Below, piece by piece: positions 1 to 15,320 of a stretch of 64,000 bases of DNA. The stretch lies in the NCBI RefSeq assembly GCF_006345805.1, contig NC_042998.1, positions 116,188,001 through 116,252,000 of the forward strand. Direction: 5' to 3'. The notes under the pieces were generated by a model. It ran no database searches. It was given only the letters and a program-made list of their open reading frames with translations, and was not told where the DNA came from. The translations under genes were made by a program, and so were the position numbers. The stretch comes from Octopus sinensis (taxonomy: Eukaryota). The stretch's first letter is position 1. Each line of letters begins with the position of its first letter.

Positions 1-95
1 AACTGACCAGTTGTGTAAATGTAAACACAATTTTTCTCCTTTCTCTCTTCCTTCTTTCTTTCCTTCTCTTTTCCATTGACATTCATTTCAGATAC

Positions 96-98
96 ACA

Positions 99-133
<35 letters not shown>

Positions 134-408
134 CACACACACACACTCTCTCTCATTTTCTCCCCATTCCTCACCCTCTTTTACTATCCGATATCTCTTA
201 CCACCCCTACACGCTAAATGATGCTATAAAAAGAGACGAATCCCCTCAAAATAATTCAAATCTGAAGAATCTACTAGAGTTGATACAAGCGCTAATATAT
301 GATTTATAAAAACATTTGACGTACTAATAAAAATCTGTAAATGTACAACTATCCAGATTTCTAAGTACCTTATTTTTTCTAAGATACATACATACATATA
401 TATATATG

Positions 409-505
<97 letters not shown>

Positions 506-692
506 ATATATATATGAAAGATATCACTTCATCAGAGACGATATGAAAGAGTTAACTATAAGGAACTAGTAGAGTTCAATTTAAGAATGTATTTTGGAAA
601 GACAGAATTATAAGAAGTATAAAGCAAAATATGACAGTAAAAATGAAAATAAAAATAAATAAATAGAAATAGAATAAAATTTATATAAGAGA

Positions 693-723
<31 letters not shown>
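96..723. repeat. Cluster of (CA)n, (TA)n and (GA)n microsatellites; similar tracts at 14.8, 17.5-18.1, 18.8, 20.5-20.8, 36.3, 47.1, 49.2, 51.6 and 52.6 kb
   Basis: Seen directly. Confidence 0.9.
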
Positions 724-2897
724 GGGATGTAGAGATAGGAAAGAGAGAGAAAGAGAGACAGATGTGATGGGCTTCCCCGCCGTTTCTGTCCACCAAATTC
801 TCTCATCAGATATTGACCGGCTCAAATCTATGGTTCAAAGCATTTAGTTACGGTGCAAGTCTTTGGCACTGAATCTGAAAGCTGTAATAACATCATCTTT
901 TTAGACACACAACAATGACTTCACCTATATAACTTTTGCATGTGTTTTGCAAAGCTGTATAAAAGAGCCCTCTTGCTGCATTCGATATTGTTGTACTTGT
1001 CGAAAGTATGGCACTTCTTTTTAAAATATATATTATAACAAAACTATACAGAAAGTTCTGGAGGTGGTTAGATAGTAAATTAAGGTAGCTAGAGAAGGAA
1101 AGTTCGCGACACTCTTTCTATATCTCTTTACGTTGGAATGATTACTGTAAATTGTAAGAAACATACAATTCAACATGTTATAGAGGGATGTGGCGGATGA
1201 ATAGAATTAGAAAAAAATGCCCGTACATTCAACAGTTCCAGCAAAAATCTAGAATAAAGAAGTAATCAGCATATACCAGGAAACAGATTTTGGAAGATTA
1301 AGATCGCACTGACACCTTCAAAAGAAAGTTTATATGGTATAATAAAACGTCAGTATCCATCGCCGTATTACTTACATCAGGATAAAACATTATACATATA
1401 TATGCATAGTGATATATCTATATGTATATATATGTGTGTATGTATTATGTATAGATTGATAGATAGATGCATACTGATATAAATACGCACATCGATGGTT
1501 GTAGTTAAGAATATGCATGTGTTTGTGGCTGAATATATATATGTCACTGTGTATGTTTTTCGGGTGGAAGCCAAACTGACCATATTTTTGCGAATCTCAG
1601 TTTCGATCATTTCACCTTTGTTCAACTGAACACATAATTTCATTGAGAAGAAATTAGTCTTCTCTCTTCGTTGATGTGTACAGTCGATCACAAAACCGAT
1701 TCCCAGAAACCATCATTCAAATTGCTCTCCCTGTTTAATATACACATGAATAAATTCATTCAGCATCTAAACACTTGTAGCGCAACAATATATCCAGTAT
1801 TAAAGTTGTATACGACGCTATCAATCTTCAATATATTGATTTTTATTTTGAAAAACCTGATAAAATGGGGGTAATGCAATATTTCATGTCATTATGACCA
1901 ACAACTTAACTTTAAATTAGATTAAAGAAAACAGTCGTTGACAGAACCAAGCTTGTACTTACATATCACTGCGCATTGTACAATTTTCATACAATATCTT
2001 CTTATATCGGATATTGTATGTTAGCATGAGCAAATATATGTGATACTGAACTACAGTTATGGAAAATTATCTGAAAATGTGTCATTCAGTTTGAGACAGG
2101 CACCAGCACCAAAAGAAATGAAATATATACTTTAAGGGAAGGAGAAAGCATCAAAGTTTTTATTTCGAGACAGGAAATGCTACAAAGGGAACATCTACCA
2201 AGTGGTGGGATTGGAAGCTGAGTAACTTAGAAATACCTTAATTCACCGCGAACAGGTTTTGACAGTTCGAAGTTGTCACTCAACAAATAGAGAGGTAGCT
2301 TCTCTAGTTATATCAAGTATAGCAGAAAAAATTCAAAAACTATGGAGCCCCTGTTGAGATGCTGTTATAGGAACCATACATTCCTGCTCACATACCAATG
2401 TCAATTATAATGCTGAGGAATATATTCAGCTGTAGATGATCAACATTTAAATGGTAGATGTCTATTCAATATGATTGGAGTTATCTTTCTCGTTGATGTT
2501 AAAACCAACGAAGAAGACGGCATATTATTTCACATAAATATTGCATTAAAACTTTACTAGAATACAAAGAAATTTAGAACGGGTTCTATGGGTGCCTAGC
2601 CAAATAACAAACGAATTATCCCAAATCGCGTAACAAAAGGAACAACAAGAATCATATGTAATATTGTGCTTATTGGAGAATGTTTAAATGTTCATTTGCC
2701 ATAGTGAAAGGTTTTTGAGATTGTAGAGTAACAAAATTAAAACTACACTTAAATTTGAAATACATATATGAAAGTTTTGAAACATTATTCGCACAAGACG
2801 CCTTTACCAGTATTAAATGAAATAGATGGAAATGCATAAAAATGTAATAAAAATGTGATAAAAATGTAAAACAAATACATAAAAATGTAATAATTAC

Positions 2898-3050
2898 CCT
2901 CCTCATATAGTTTATAAGACTTGTGCCATACTTCCATGTATTTGAATGGGCGCAGTTCAGTTCACTGGTATCCACATCTTGAGCTTTAGCTAATTCCTGT
3001 AGCGCTGCGGCAAACAGGAGGACAGCATCGTACATCAACGCGGTTTCTGT
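2898..3050 (-). CDS. Next exon of the same receptor: TETALMYDAVLLFAAALQELAKAQDVDTSELNCAHSNTWKYGTSLINYMRR
   Basis: 153 nt, phase 0/0, acceptor tttgttttAG, donor GTaatt. Resembles GluK TDAALMYDAV...LQC...PWRFG..FMSLIK and joins in frame to the 24800-24967 exon. Confidence 0.92.
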
Positions 3051-3699
3051 CTAAAACAAACGAAACATTGTCAGAAAGATCTGTTAAATTTTTGTTGACA
3101 AAGTATAGGTAAAATAAATGCAAAACTTTCAAAATCATTAGTTAAGATACAATAAAAAATATACGTAAATGACAGATATCTTGCGAAGATAATATACATT
3201 CATCTATATTTAATCCCAATGAGGCTACACAGTGCAGTTTAACAATGACATTTACATTATTCTATCTTCCATAAATACAAGGCGTATGCCGCAGAGATAT
3301 GAAAAGTATGCTTTAAAATATATCGTAAAATGTAATGAAAGTCATATATTTTAGTTTTCGAAAATTCATTTGCTTTTTGTCTGCTCCACGTCACCAATAC
3401 TGAAAGAATGCTTGTAAGACATGTTCCGTTCGTTCGTCCGTTTTGCTGTCTCTCACCAACTTTACACACACACATATATAGATAAATAGATAGATATGTG
3501 TGTGCATATGTATATATATGTATGTATGTATGTATATATGTATATATGAATGTATATTTTTGCACCACCTTGAATTTTGTCTTCCTTTTCAGAATGATTC
3601 AACCTCAATATTTAGTTTTTAAAACTTGGTACTTATTATATCAGTATCTTTTGTCGAACCATGAAGTTGGGGGGACGTAAACACACCAACACCGTTTGC

Positions 3700-4050
3700 G
3701 AAGCTGTCGTTGGGGACAAACAGTCAAAAAGGGATGGGTGGCAGGCGTAGAAATTTAAATATTGGTGCGTGTCAGTTTTTTTGTAGTAGATGTCTGTTGT
3801 GACGATGGAGTTGTGTATCTTGGTGTTGATGTCTAGGAAGGGAAGTTCGTTGTGGCTGATATCTATCGTGAAGTTGATAGACGGGTGCAGTATCTTGAGG
3901 ATGTTGTGGAATGATTATAGATCTTCTTCTGATCGGTTCCAAAAGATGAAGCAGTCATCGAGATATCTCAAATGTCACCTCAGTCCGCTCAGACATTTCA
4001 AATGTCATACTTTTCGACTCAAGTATGCAGTCTCACAAATCCCGTCCAAT
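3700..4050 (-). mobile_element. Penelope-like element reverse transcriptase fragment (disrupted)
   Basis: Minus translation HLRYLDDCFIFWNRSEEDL*SFHNILKILHPSINFTIDISHNELPFLDI...TDIYYKKTDTHQYLNF: YxDD plus the PLE thumb motifs FLD and YxKxTD. Confidence 0.85.
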
Positions 4051-4559
4051 TAACCACATCAACCAGTGTTTATTTTAATCTAACACATGGAAGAGATGCG
4101 ACTCTTATATAACCTCTACGCTTTTTACCTCGTTTCCTTATCTCATCAACGTTTTGTACTTGCGTTGTTCTTTACTTTTTCCCAGAAATTAACCATATTG
4201 TGGTCTGTAGCAAGAAGATAGCACGAACGTACAAGTCCAAATATACATGCTCAGCTGACTATTGTACTATTAGAACAGGACAATTACAGTAGAGAGAGAG
4301 AGAGAAAAAAAAAGAGAAAGAAAAGGAGGGTGTGCGCGTGCGTGCGTACATGTGTATATGTGTGTGCGTGAGTGCTTGTGTGTGTGCAAAGCATTGTCGG
4401 GATTGAGGTAAATGGAAAATGATCACGAGAATGAAGCAGAGCTGTATTATGAAAATCTAAGATGTAATGATAATTACAATAAAATTATAGTGTATAGTGC
4501 TCAGATGCACTTCAACTTATCAAAGATGCATGTATAGTAGATGGAAAAGTCAGGAAAAT

Positions 4560-5900
4560 GAACAGTGTATGAGTCTTGATATGCATATGTGCATGCGTAT
4601 GGAGTGGAGGATATCAAGTGTGGTGTTGGTGAATTTCAGAAAGCATGGACGTCTTAAAGGTTGGAATGTCTCGGCAGGTAACAACCGATGCAGGTAGTTT
4701 GTTCCATGCTTCAGCAAGTTTGAGTTTGAAAGAATGTTTATGAAAGTTACGGGAGCTGTTATGTTTTCTGACTTGGTAAGCAAACCCACGCGTGTTAGTC
4801 ACATGAAATTCAAAAAGGTGCTCAAGGTGGTTGTTGGCATGATGGTTAATAATTTTCTGAGTGTTTTTACCAAGTTATTTTCCAAACGCCGGAGCTTCAA
4901 TGTTTCCAGGCGCTCAGAGTATGGTAGATGCCTGATGGAGAGTATTCGCTTCGTTGCACGTCTCTGAATAGATTCCAGGCGCTCAATGTTCTGAACAAGA
5001 AAAGGGTACTAGACTGGTGGTGTAAATACCAAGTGTGGTCGCACCATAGTCATATACAGCTTTAAATAGATAGCTGGAGAGAAACTGACGAATGTCTTGT
5101 TGAGTGATGCCATGATATACACCCTCGGTCTTCTTGAAACTTTTAAAGATGTGCTTTGTCCAGAGCAAATCGCTGCTGACAGTAATTGTCCAGGTCACGT
5201 TCACAAGAAGATTTCATGATATTAGAGCTGTCGAGGGAATGTTAGGATGCTGGGTTTTTCCTCCCAAATTGCATGGTTGTACACTTGTCCACAGCCAGCT
5301 TGAGTTGTCAGTCCGTGATCCATTGCTTCAGTGTGTCCGATTGCAGGAAAAGTTTAATCGAATGCTGTTTGTTTATGGCGCCAAAGTAAAAAAATATGTC
5401 TGAATCTAGAAGAATTAAGAAAAAATATTTATTCTTTGCTCTCGTATAGGCTTCAAATTTTGGCTCAAGGCCTGCAATTTCGGGGAAGGTGTAAGACAAT
5501 GAAAATTGACGCGTGTTCACCTGGTACTTCTTTTATCGATAATGAAAAGATGAGTGGCAAATTCAATCCCAGTAAAATTTCGTTCATTACTCTAATATTG
5601 GCACCAGTTTCATGTTGTCTAAAAAGAAATACTTTCAGTCCCATGACCAGTGTTTCAGCTTTAAGTACATCATGATATATGTTTTCCTCGTAGCTATTGA
5701 GACTGTGATCTCCCAAGAAAATAAGTATTGGCAAGGTAGTAATATTTCCCGCAGTAAGTACTAGTGATCACTTTGAGGGAGCGCGACAAGTAGCTCACCT
5801 TCAAAATTGCTATCTTTATGCCAAAATTAGAAAATAAACCGAGAATTATAAATCTAATCACTTTTAAATAGTGAGTGAATTCACTGTCCATAACATAATT
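4560..5900 (-). mobile_element. CR1/L2-type LINE, 3' part of ORF2, frameshifted
   Basis: Fragments QWITDWQLKLAVDKCTTMQFGRKNP, VSSDLLWTKHI and TRG..Y.VRK..SS..F.KHSF.LKLAEAWNKLPASVV. Boundaries approximate. Confidence 0.8.
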
Positions 5901-6655
5901 TCCTGAGCATAATTTCCTTAGAGCCCATAACGCACCAGCGTGTTGAAGCGTTAAGGTATTGACAAATGTAGAGTAAATAAAGTAACCCCACTCAAGAGTG
6001 AATAAACCTATTCATTAAAATCGGATTTTCAGCTCACAGAACATGTCTTCTGGTTTTGTGGGTGACGCGTTTATCCGAGATACGTAATAAATTCGACCAG
6101 TTAAAATGCCCGGTGAGTCCATTGTAAAGCAGATTTCTTTCGCTACTTATCTGCTTAGCGAATTGGATTTTAACTTAAAGTGTTTTGCAGGAGACTGTTA
6201 AAAGCGCTTCTAATCTCCGAGATGCCCATTTTAAAGTAATAATTCCACTTTTGGATACCTTTATAAAATGATACACAGTTAATTTGCCTTTTCTCTAAAG
6301 ATAAGTAGCGGTTTAAAATCCGCCGCCTTTATAGTGTACATCATGCAGTCAAGTGTGTTAACGAAAATTGTGAACAATAGAGATTTCATAATGTTTGGTT
6401 GTCTTCAAGTACCATATAGCATCACAAATACTTTCGGTACAGCACTCACATTCCCCAAAATAACTCTATAACCACGACACAAGCCAAAATTTCTGTCACC
6501 GTTGTTATATACAACTGAATTTTAAATGAATGCTATCAAAGTCAGTTTAAAGTAACAAATTGGAACATTTTGGAGCAGAACAGATTTTAACCCAATACAT
6601 TCAGTTTTTGACTAGGGAAGTGCATTTATCAATAATTATTGCGTATTTAAAGCAC

Positions 6656-6872
6656 CGAGCTGGCAGAAACGTTAACACGCCGGGCGAAATGCCTAGCGTT
6701 ATTTCGTCTGTCATTACGTTCTGTGTTCAAATTCCGCCGAAGTCGTCTTTGCCTTTCATCCTTTCGGAGTCGACAAAATAAGTAACAGTTGCCTACTGGG
6801 ATCGATCTAATCGACTCCCCCTCCCCCAAAAGTTCGTGCCTTGTGTCTAGAGTAGAAAAGAATAATTATTGT
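6656..6872 (+). mobile_element. tRNA-derived SINE, family A (gagctggcagaa...gttcaaattccgccga...)
   Basis: B-box-like gttcaaattcc; homologous copies at 19.1, 26.4, 27.2, 27.8, 38-39 and 53.6 kb. Confidence 0.8.
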
Positions 6873-8583
6873 GTATTTAAAACTATTCTGCTTTTTCATG
6901 GTTTTCGTTTTTATCTGTCAGATGTACCTAAGTGTTTTATGTTCTATTAACGCTTCCTCCGTTCTTTTTAAAATAACATAGATTTGTTTTCTTTTTGCTA
7001 ACTTTTTTGTATCCCTATCTGTAAAATCTAAGACACAAGAACAGAAAAGAGCTTACCCGCTCTCCATTACAACTTAGTGATACATCCATATTTAGGAACG
7101 AATTTGATGCCATCCTTCGCAGGTAATCATGTATAGTTGAAGTATTTTTGAAATATCAGTAACAACTAGAATATATGTAAATGCATGGTTCGTCAGATAT
7201 TGAAACTGCTACAGTTAAAGCTTGAAAATAGTGCCATTCATGTCAGTCAGTGTTATTTGACGTGGATTAAAATAGGAGTAGTATATTGCTCACGTAAATA
7301 GGTCAGGATTACAACGTGAGATTTTGTTTATTAGTAGAATTTTAAATTCTCTCGCATGTATGGAAAATTATTATACCTTTTATTGATGTTTTCTCCATAC
7401 ATATTCAACCTATTACGTTGTTCCTCTGGAAGAACTTAAATTTAGAGATATCATTCCTTATGTTAACACTTGTATTTTAACGATATTATGGAGATAAAAC
7501 CTTGTACTTACTGGAGAATTAATTCCATGACCTCCTCAGTTAATGTGCCTACAGGCTACAGGAACTTCTGCTTACGTATTTAAGACATAAGGATAAACAT
7601 GTCATCTGTAAGTTTTACGTCCGCTGTATTGTTTGAAAGTGAAACACCATATCTTTACAGATTTGCTGTTCATATTGTAAATGTCATAAGAATTCGAGTT
7701 TCTAGTAGCAAAGAAAGAATGTGAAACGACTGAATAAATAAGCAGTTTCAAACGAATAAGATCTCCAGCATGTGTTAGGTAATCTTTTTACCATCTATAC
7801 GGACATTCTCGATAAATGTCTATCGGCCGGCAAGAGCGTAAATATGAATGTTTTTATATTTGCTACTTTTTAATATTAAAGATTTATTGAGATGCAGCAT
7901 TAAATTCACATTTTGGAATTTCGGGAATTATTACTGTCTGCTTCAATATTTTAAGTGACCAATTTATTGCAAACATTCATCCGCAAAAAGATATTTCAGC
8001 GAAAACGAACATGTCAGAGTTCATGTGAAATATAGAACTTTTAGAGACTCACTCGAAATACCGTCTCCAAGTTTAGACAAAAGATAATTCATTCCAACAA
8101 AATTTATTTCGTGATTTGATTTTGTGAAACCAAAAATCTATTAACCCTTTTGATATGCATCCGTCTGAAACAGCCTCTGGTTCTGTGATACTAACTTCGT
8201 GCATTAGAATGATCTAAATTAAAACCATATATTAAAATTTCATGATGATTTATGTGTCAAACACCAGCTTTATAATGAGAATGATATTTTATTTAATTCA
8301 TCATAAATTTCGAAATTAATTCAAACAAACTCAGCATACTTCAACGCAAATATGATAAATAAGTGTTGAGCAAGAGATAAACTATAGTGTCGAGCGTCTC
8401 ATTAACAATTCGAATCCTCCAATCAGGGTGTATATATAAAGATATAGGTATATATATTTATAGATCCTTTGTAAATTTTACACTCCTTGTTTTTCCTTCT
8501 CTGAGCGACAACCTACGTAACAATTTTGACTGTAAAGCTTGCTTGGAGCTTTGTTGCTTTTCTTGTTTTTGATTTTCTTATAT

Positions 8584-8885
<302 letters not shown>

Positions 8886-9964
8886 CAAAGGATGCAAGTG
8901 TAGAGAGATTGTAAACTTCAAGCAGTTCAAGACAGGTATACAGAACAAAAATTGGACCGTGTACGTTCAGAATAATGAGCATTTACTCGCCTCGAATGTT
9001 ACATAGTTTTTCCTACATCGAAGTTACGAAGAAATTCGGTACGCTGAAAATTGCTGTATAGATCGCGGTTAGCGACTGGAGTTGCTAAGAATTCCAATAA
9101 AAATCAAAATTGAAGGAGTGGGGCAGGTAATATCGAGGCTACGTATGATTTCTAGTTAACTGATGCACTAATGAAATAGTTACATAACCAGGGGTACCCA
9201 GCTAGTTGCTCATCAAGCAAAGGATAATTTAATAACATGAAGTTTACTTGAAATGACATTTCAAATTACATTTACGGTGAATTAGCTTGGGATTCCCAAA
9301 TGATATTGTAACCTTCATATGCTTAAAGCATCGTCTACCCGATGAGTAGCTAATAGAGCAGGTACCCCACGTTGAGTAATTATAAATTCAGAGGATCTGC
9401 TGCCTAGGAAACATACGTAGCCTGGATTTTACATGATTCACTCGTTTGGGTATATATATATATATATATATATTACATACATACTCGTATACTTATGTAT
9501 AAAGCATTGATAATTTCTTTTTCCTTTATCAAACATGTTTGATAAATGTTTAGCATAATTGAAGTTTATCTGCTGATTCTAAATTGGAAACAATCGTTAA
9601 GATATCTTTTATAAACAACAAACGTTCCTTCGAAATCAAGTACTGGTATCGTCAATAGATTAACCATCAGCCTTCTTAGAACAAACATATCAAGTGAGCG
9701 ACTTGCGACAGTAGAATGTTGACCAATTAAATGCCACGAAGGCAGTTGTGAAATCTTTCATAATTTATAATTATTAACTAACAGCAAGCTAATTAGTGTC
9801 AGCAAACTAATTAGTGTCAGTAAAAAATAATCAAGTAAAATCCCTAAATGTGGAACACAACCATCTAAAAGATACATATTATGTAGTAATAACCAACGAA
9901 GCTACCTACAAGGAAACGTAAATAATGAGTAGTGTCCTACAATGTTTTAAAGTTACTGCTATTC

Positions 9965-10985
9965 ATGAGTGGCCCTCTCAGACATGCCTTCAGCTTCGCA
10001 GATAGTCACCCTTGGTAGCTATGCAGATGATACAATGTCTCCCAGAGTGTACAAAACGGCAGAGATGTCGGGCACAAGCAACAGGAGTTAGATGTAATAT
10101 ACAGGTGGGCTGAAAACAATAACTTTACAGTATAATGTTGAAAATTCCCAAGCCCTGCGCTACCAGCACACGAGGCTAAATGAAACAAAGACAGAGTACA
10201 CTAGCCCATAGAGGATTTCAATCCTAGAATCAAAACTAGGGAGCAACTTGGACATTAACATGATTAGCGGTGCATCTTTCCAGGTGAATATTACTGATTT
10301 TGGCAATAACACGAACGGGTGGTCGGATGTATTTTTAGAACTGTCAGCACGGGAGAAGAGGAAACCATGTTGGTCCTCTGGAGGACGCATGTCATCATCC
10401 ATTTAGACTACAACTATGGTTAGCTCACAGGGTAAAATTAAGGCGGAAGTCGAAGCAATTTAGTGAATCTACACAAAGAAGGTCGTCACAATGGAACATG
10501 TCAGCAACTGGGAGAGACTGAAAATGTTAAAATTCTACTCCCCAAACTAAGGCATGAAAGATATGCAGTGAGATACATCTGGAAGATTCTGGAGTGACAT
10601 GTACCAAATTTTGGCATTGAAAGTTAAACAAACAGCAGAACGGGGCGCCACTGCATATTGTCAAAAATTCCAACATTGCCAGCAGAATACAGGGTAAGAT
10701 TCGGCAACAGCTTGAGTTTCATGTGCCCACAGCTCTTCAATACCACCCCGAAAATTTTGAGAGACCGACATCAAGTTGATGCAGGTATCTTCAAAACAAA
10801 TCTGGATCTACTCCTGACAAGAGTTTCAAATGAATATATCTTGCAGCAAGAAACGCAAATGAAAGCAGCAACATCAGTCTCTCTAATTCACTAAATGCCA
10901 CATATCAAGTAGTGCAAGTTTAGCAAAGATAACGGTGGTGCCCCAGAATAGTCGCAGCTCACGGACTGAAACCAGTAAAATAAAT
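9965..10985 (+). mobile_element. 5'-truncated CR1/L2-type LINE (RT C-terminus plus 3' tail), degenerate
   Basis: YADD at 10020-10031, then VIYRWAENNN..N.EKFQALRY, ERLKMLKFYS, ERYAVRYIWKIL and GPQLFN-like CPQLFN; A-rich end. Confidence 0.85.
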
Positions 10986-11679
10986 TGATTTGCTGACGTC
11001 ATGTGGCTACTAATCAATCAATTTTGTTCAACACTGTTCAACAAAATTAATGCAAGTCAGCCAGCTTTAAAAAGCTAGTGCTATCGATCACTTCTGAAGA
11101 ACTGCTACATAAACCGACAATCATGGACAGCAACTGAAATCTTTGGTCAGACAAACAGGGTATAGCACCAAGTCTCTCCGTATTACACTACACGGAAAAA
11201 AAATATGTGAAACCAATAATGTAATTCTAAATAAATTTTCCTTATGCGCAACTTCACATAATTTTCCAAAAGATTGCGTGAAAATAAAAACCTATCCTAG
11301 TATGTATGTATGTGTCATCGTTCAGTTTTATTTCAAGGTTTCTTGCCAATAGAAAAAGTGCCGGTTTCCAACCTAGATTGAGGTTGAATTTCAACATCAA
11401 CACCAAGGTATTTTTGTTTGTTTGTATGTATGCATATGTACATATTTAGGCATGGGATTTGTATGTATGCATGTATGTATGCACGTTACGTTGAATCTTT
11501 ACTGTACACCGTATATAAAAATAGTAGTTGCAAAGGTATCCACAGCTTCTAAACGTTTCTTTAATAATCTTTATTATCATGATCACAACATTCTGATGAA
11601 CGGCAACTTGAAACTAAGTATTTGTTTGCGAATCTTTTCCCACTTTAGACTAATATAATAGTACACGTGTGTGCAAGTA

Positions 11680-11715
<36 letters not shown>

Positions 11716-14073
11716 TAGATATACAGTGCGTAGTATTTTGTCATGTAAAACTCTCATTTAACATTTTTATTAACATTACCTTTATCCTTCAATTTAATAG
11801 TCTGCAGTTTAGAAGTTGTCATCCACAAACGTAATTTGAGCATTGCTAGGAGCATACCATCTGACAAAGTGAAATTTATAACACTTTTTTGATTAGAATA
11901 TAGGACTTAACTAGACAATTCGATATACTCTCTCGTGGCTACATAGTAATACGTTGTTTATGATCTATACTGTTCCTATATATTGGCATCATTTCGTATA
12001 ATCTTTCTGATTCTAACTATTGATATTTTAGTGTATTTTATTGTCATATTTTGCTGTGTTCTGTATCTTTCAGTGCACCAGGTTTATTATAATATAAATG
12101 TGACATATCTAATGTATCTTTCCCTTTGGTAATGTAATGCCTGAAAATACGCTGTACTCTAGTGTGGGACGCCTTTGAATTAATACTTTGCTAAATGATG
12201 TTCATACGGTGCAGCAACACGAGGACACTAATTTTCAAAAAAACATGTCATCACAAACGCATATACTCGTGATAGAAAGATATCTGAGTGATTTTCTTTT
12301 TTGCTTTCCAGCCCTTTTGTCATCATGAAGAAGTATACAATTTGTTCAAATCTATTTCAGTCTTAAGCATTTATATTTCAATTTGTATCATGTTACTTTA
12401 ATTTATGTGTGACTTGTATTTTAAGAGCGTAGGATCTGTTAAGGGGTTTATTTTCCAGTTATTTTAAAAGTTGTATCTCCAAACCACTAGCTATAGTTTC
12501 GTAGGATACGCTTTTCAAAATGTGCTTCATGTAAAAAAAATATTTCGAAGCGTATTTTTGTAGTCTAGGCATAATGTCATCATGACAGGTGTTTTGCATA
12601 TTTCTAATGAAGTCAAGAATCTTCCCATTAAATGATGTAATATGTTACACTCTGGTCCCTAACTGAGGTAGATGGAAGCATTCTTTCAAAGTGGGTTTAG
12701 GTCGAGACATCGATCCCTATTACTAATCAGCTCGTAGGTAATTGTTCTATGAAGAATGACGAAGGAATTCAAGCACGTATGGGATTTGAAGTCCACTCAT
12801 ATAGTAGTGCAACTAAATATCTGAAAACATTTCCTCCATGACTAGCAATTATAGAATAAACTACTCCGATTGTGATTAAATATTCATATCTGAATTTGGA
12901 GCGAAGTCATAAATTTGTAATGGGTTAAACTTGATTGCATCCACACCAGTATGTGAATGATACCTCTTTTTATCGCCACCGAAATGTTTAAAGAAAAATT
13001 TTTGGTCTTGGTATCTAAAAAGATGTTGAGTAATTACCTCAAGGCATTTGTTCTTCCTTATAAGGATTTTGCTATTTCACTAAATGTCTTGGTTACTTAT
13101 ATTAATACATAGTTCGTAATGAAACATAGTATATTTCTTCAATGTATAGGTATAAATATTCCCTATATTTATCGATACCACTCTGCATGCTCAATTGTGT
13201 AACGTACCTTTGCACTGTGCTTGAAACTTGTAGATAACTAATAACTTCAAATTTTCTATATAATATGATATATTGCATTGAAGACATTTTTGTTTTCGAA
13301 GTAATGTATCTCGCCGATTTATTTCTTAAAATATGCATTCATTGTAAATATGTTGCAATTAATTATATAAACGTACCTATACGTATGCATGGCGGAATAC
13401 AGGCACAGTAACCTCTCCCATCACACATAAGCGTATCTTTAAAATTAGTGTATACAAATAGTGTATATAAGTGCGCTTATCATCTAGTAAAGATAAGAGT
13501 TATTATTTCTTACAATTAATGAATGTATACTCTGAATCATAAGGAAGGAAGCCTGAAGAACTACATATTATAGTATATTATAGCATACAGCTAGAAGTCT
13601 TATACAGCCTGCTGGCAAGACGTTTATGGAGGTAGATATATTAGTCCAAAATTTCACGATTGGTTTTCTCAGTCAAATAAAGCATTTGAATTCTAGTAGC
13701 CACAGCTTAAATCTTTCTGGGGAAGACAACGCGGATTTAGTCTGCTACCGTGTTTATTTAGAGTACCTTTCCTCATATTTTCCGGAATCTAGTAACTTGA
13801 TCATAGACACTATAAATAATTTGTAGCCGCGTTTGCAATCCTCAACCCGCCTTGTTCTTGTACGCTTATATATATATTTTGCATGTATTTGATTTTATAA
13901 GCGTTTAGTATAGCTTTAGTTCTTAATCATGTGCTTCTTATTCAATACAGATATTCACTTCTGCATCGAAACATGTGGATCAGTAACCCATGCGATATAA
14001 TTGAAAAGTACATATTATTATACATATTTAGTACATACTTACACATACTTATACAAATACACACACACTATAT

Positions 14074-14141
<68 letters not shown>

Positions 14142-15079
14142 ATGTATATATATAAATAAAAATGCATGTAAGTATAGACGCATATACGCGATATGTAAAG
14201 AAGAATGAGATTACTTATTCTATTATGTAGAGTAAGAAATCGATTAAGGTAAGAGAAATGTACATGAAATATCGGGAAAAGACAAACGATAGTTTATTAT
14301 AGAGAAGAAAATTCATGAATAGAAAACGCACTATTGCCATAGGAAGAGTTAATTGTAGCATTTCAAATAAGGCGTACACATCATTATTAATTTTCTTCGA
14401 TAAAAAAACTTTCCTTGTGGATACAAACAATAGATACAGAAATAAATAATAAATAACTAATGAAGAAAAAGTAGGTTGGTCGCTGAGCAAAGGAAATATA
14501 TCTCAGAAGAAGACCAAATACATTACAACGTTTGATGGAAATATTTATGTATTTAACGCAGCATGAGATCACATTTATTCAGAACTGGGTGATTCATCTT
14601 CACCCGCTGTGAAGCCTAACTAAACATATTTTAACTTTTGAATGTACGCCATAACTGCAAACGCGACTCGTATTATGTTTTACGTCAGTAAAAGTGTGGC
14701 GATTCTTATAGTAAGTGATGTTTTTTAAGAAATCAGAAAGAAAACAAGTTGTTTCCGAAACCTTGTATATAATAGCATATGATCAGGGTTACACTTTATT
14801 TTACACTTTGATACATACATACATACATGCATGCATACATACATACATACATATATACATACATACATACATACATACATACATACATACATGTATGCAG
14901 GCCGTATGGTATCATTCAGGCAAACCTGATAAAAACAGCAGCAAAAATAAATATATTAATGCAGTGCTGAAAAGTGAAGTAACAGTGTACGTGTGGGCAG
15001 TGACCTCAAGTAACACTCTCTTCTTGATTAACTCTTATACTACCCCCAAAACAGCCGGTTTCATTTATCCCAGAAAAGA

Positions 15080-15320
15080 TCTGGATAGAAAGCACTAAGC
15101 TTGCAAAAAAAAGACCGTGCATGGGTATCTCGCCAGGAAGCTTGAAGAAGACAGTAGAATTGACACAAAGTGCAGCCTCTCTTGGTCACAAGACCGCTAC
15201 ATCACATCTCATTTTGAAGGCTAGGTGTTTGCAATCCAGGAAGAGGAGATTACCACAAAATACCTGGTGAACAAGAGACAGTGGCGCTCTTGCAATACTA
15301 AAGTGCAACCGCATGTGTAG
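15080..15320 (+). mobile_element. Relic of a REL-endonuclease (R4/Hero-like) LINE
   Basis: Translation RYITSHFEG*VFAIQEEEITTKYLVNKR resembles the EGxxxAxQ(D/E)xxxxT motif that precedes the zinc knuckle; recalled, not searched. Confidence 0.5.

Noticed and set aside
7057-7170. Strong minus-strand donor with a short open frame (HDYLRRMASNSFLNMDVSLSCNGER)
   Set aside because: No acceptor gives a stop-free exon, and the flanking receptor exons are already contiguous.
11593-11625. CTGATGA...GAAAC hammerhead-like spacing
   Set aside because: Stem II mismatched and no stem I pairing; at most a highly decayed remnant.
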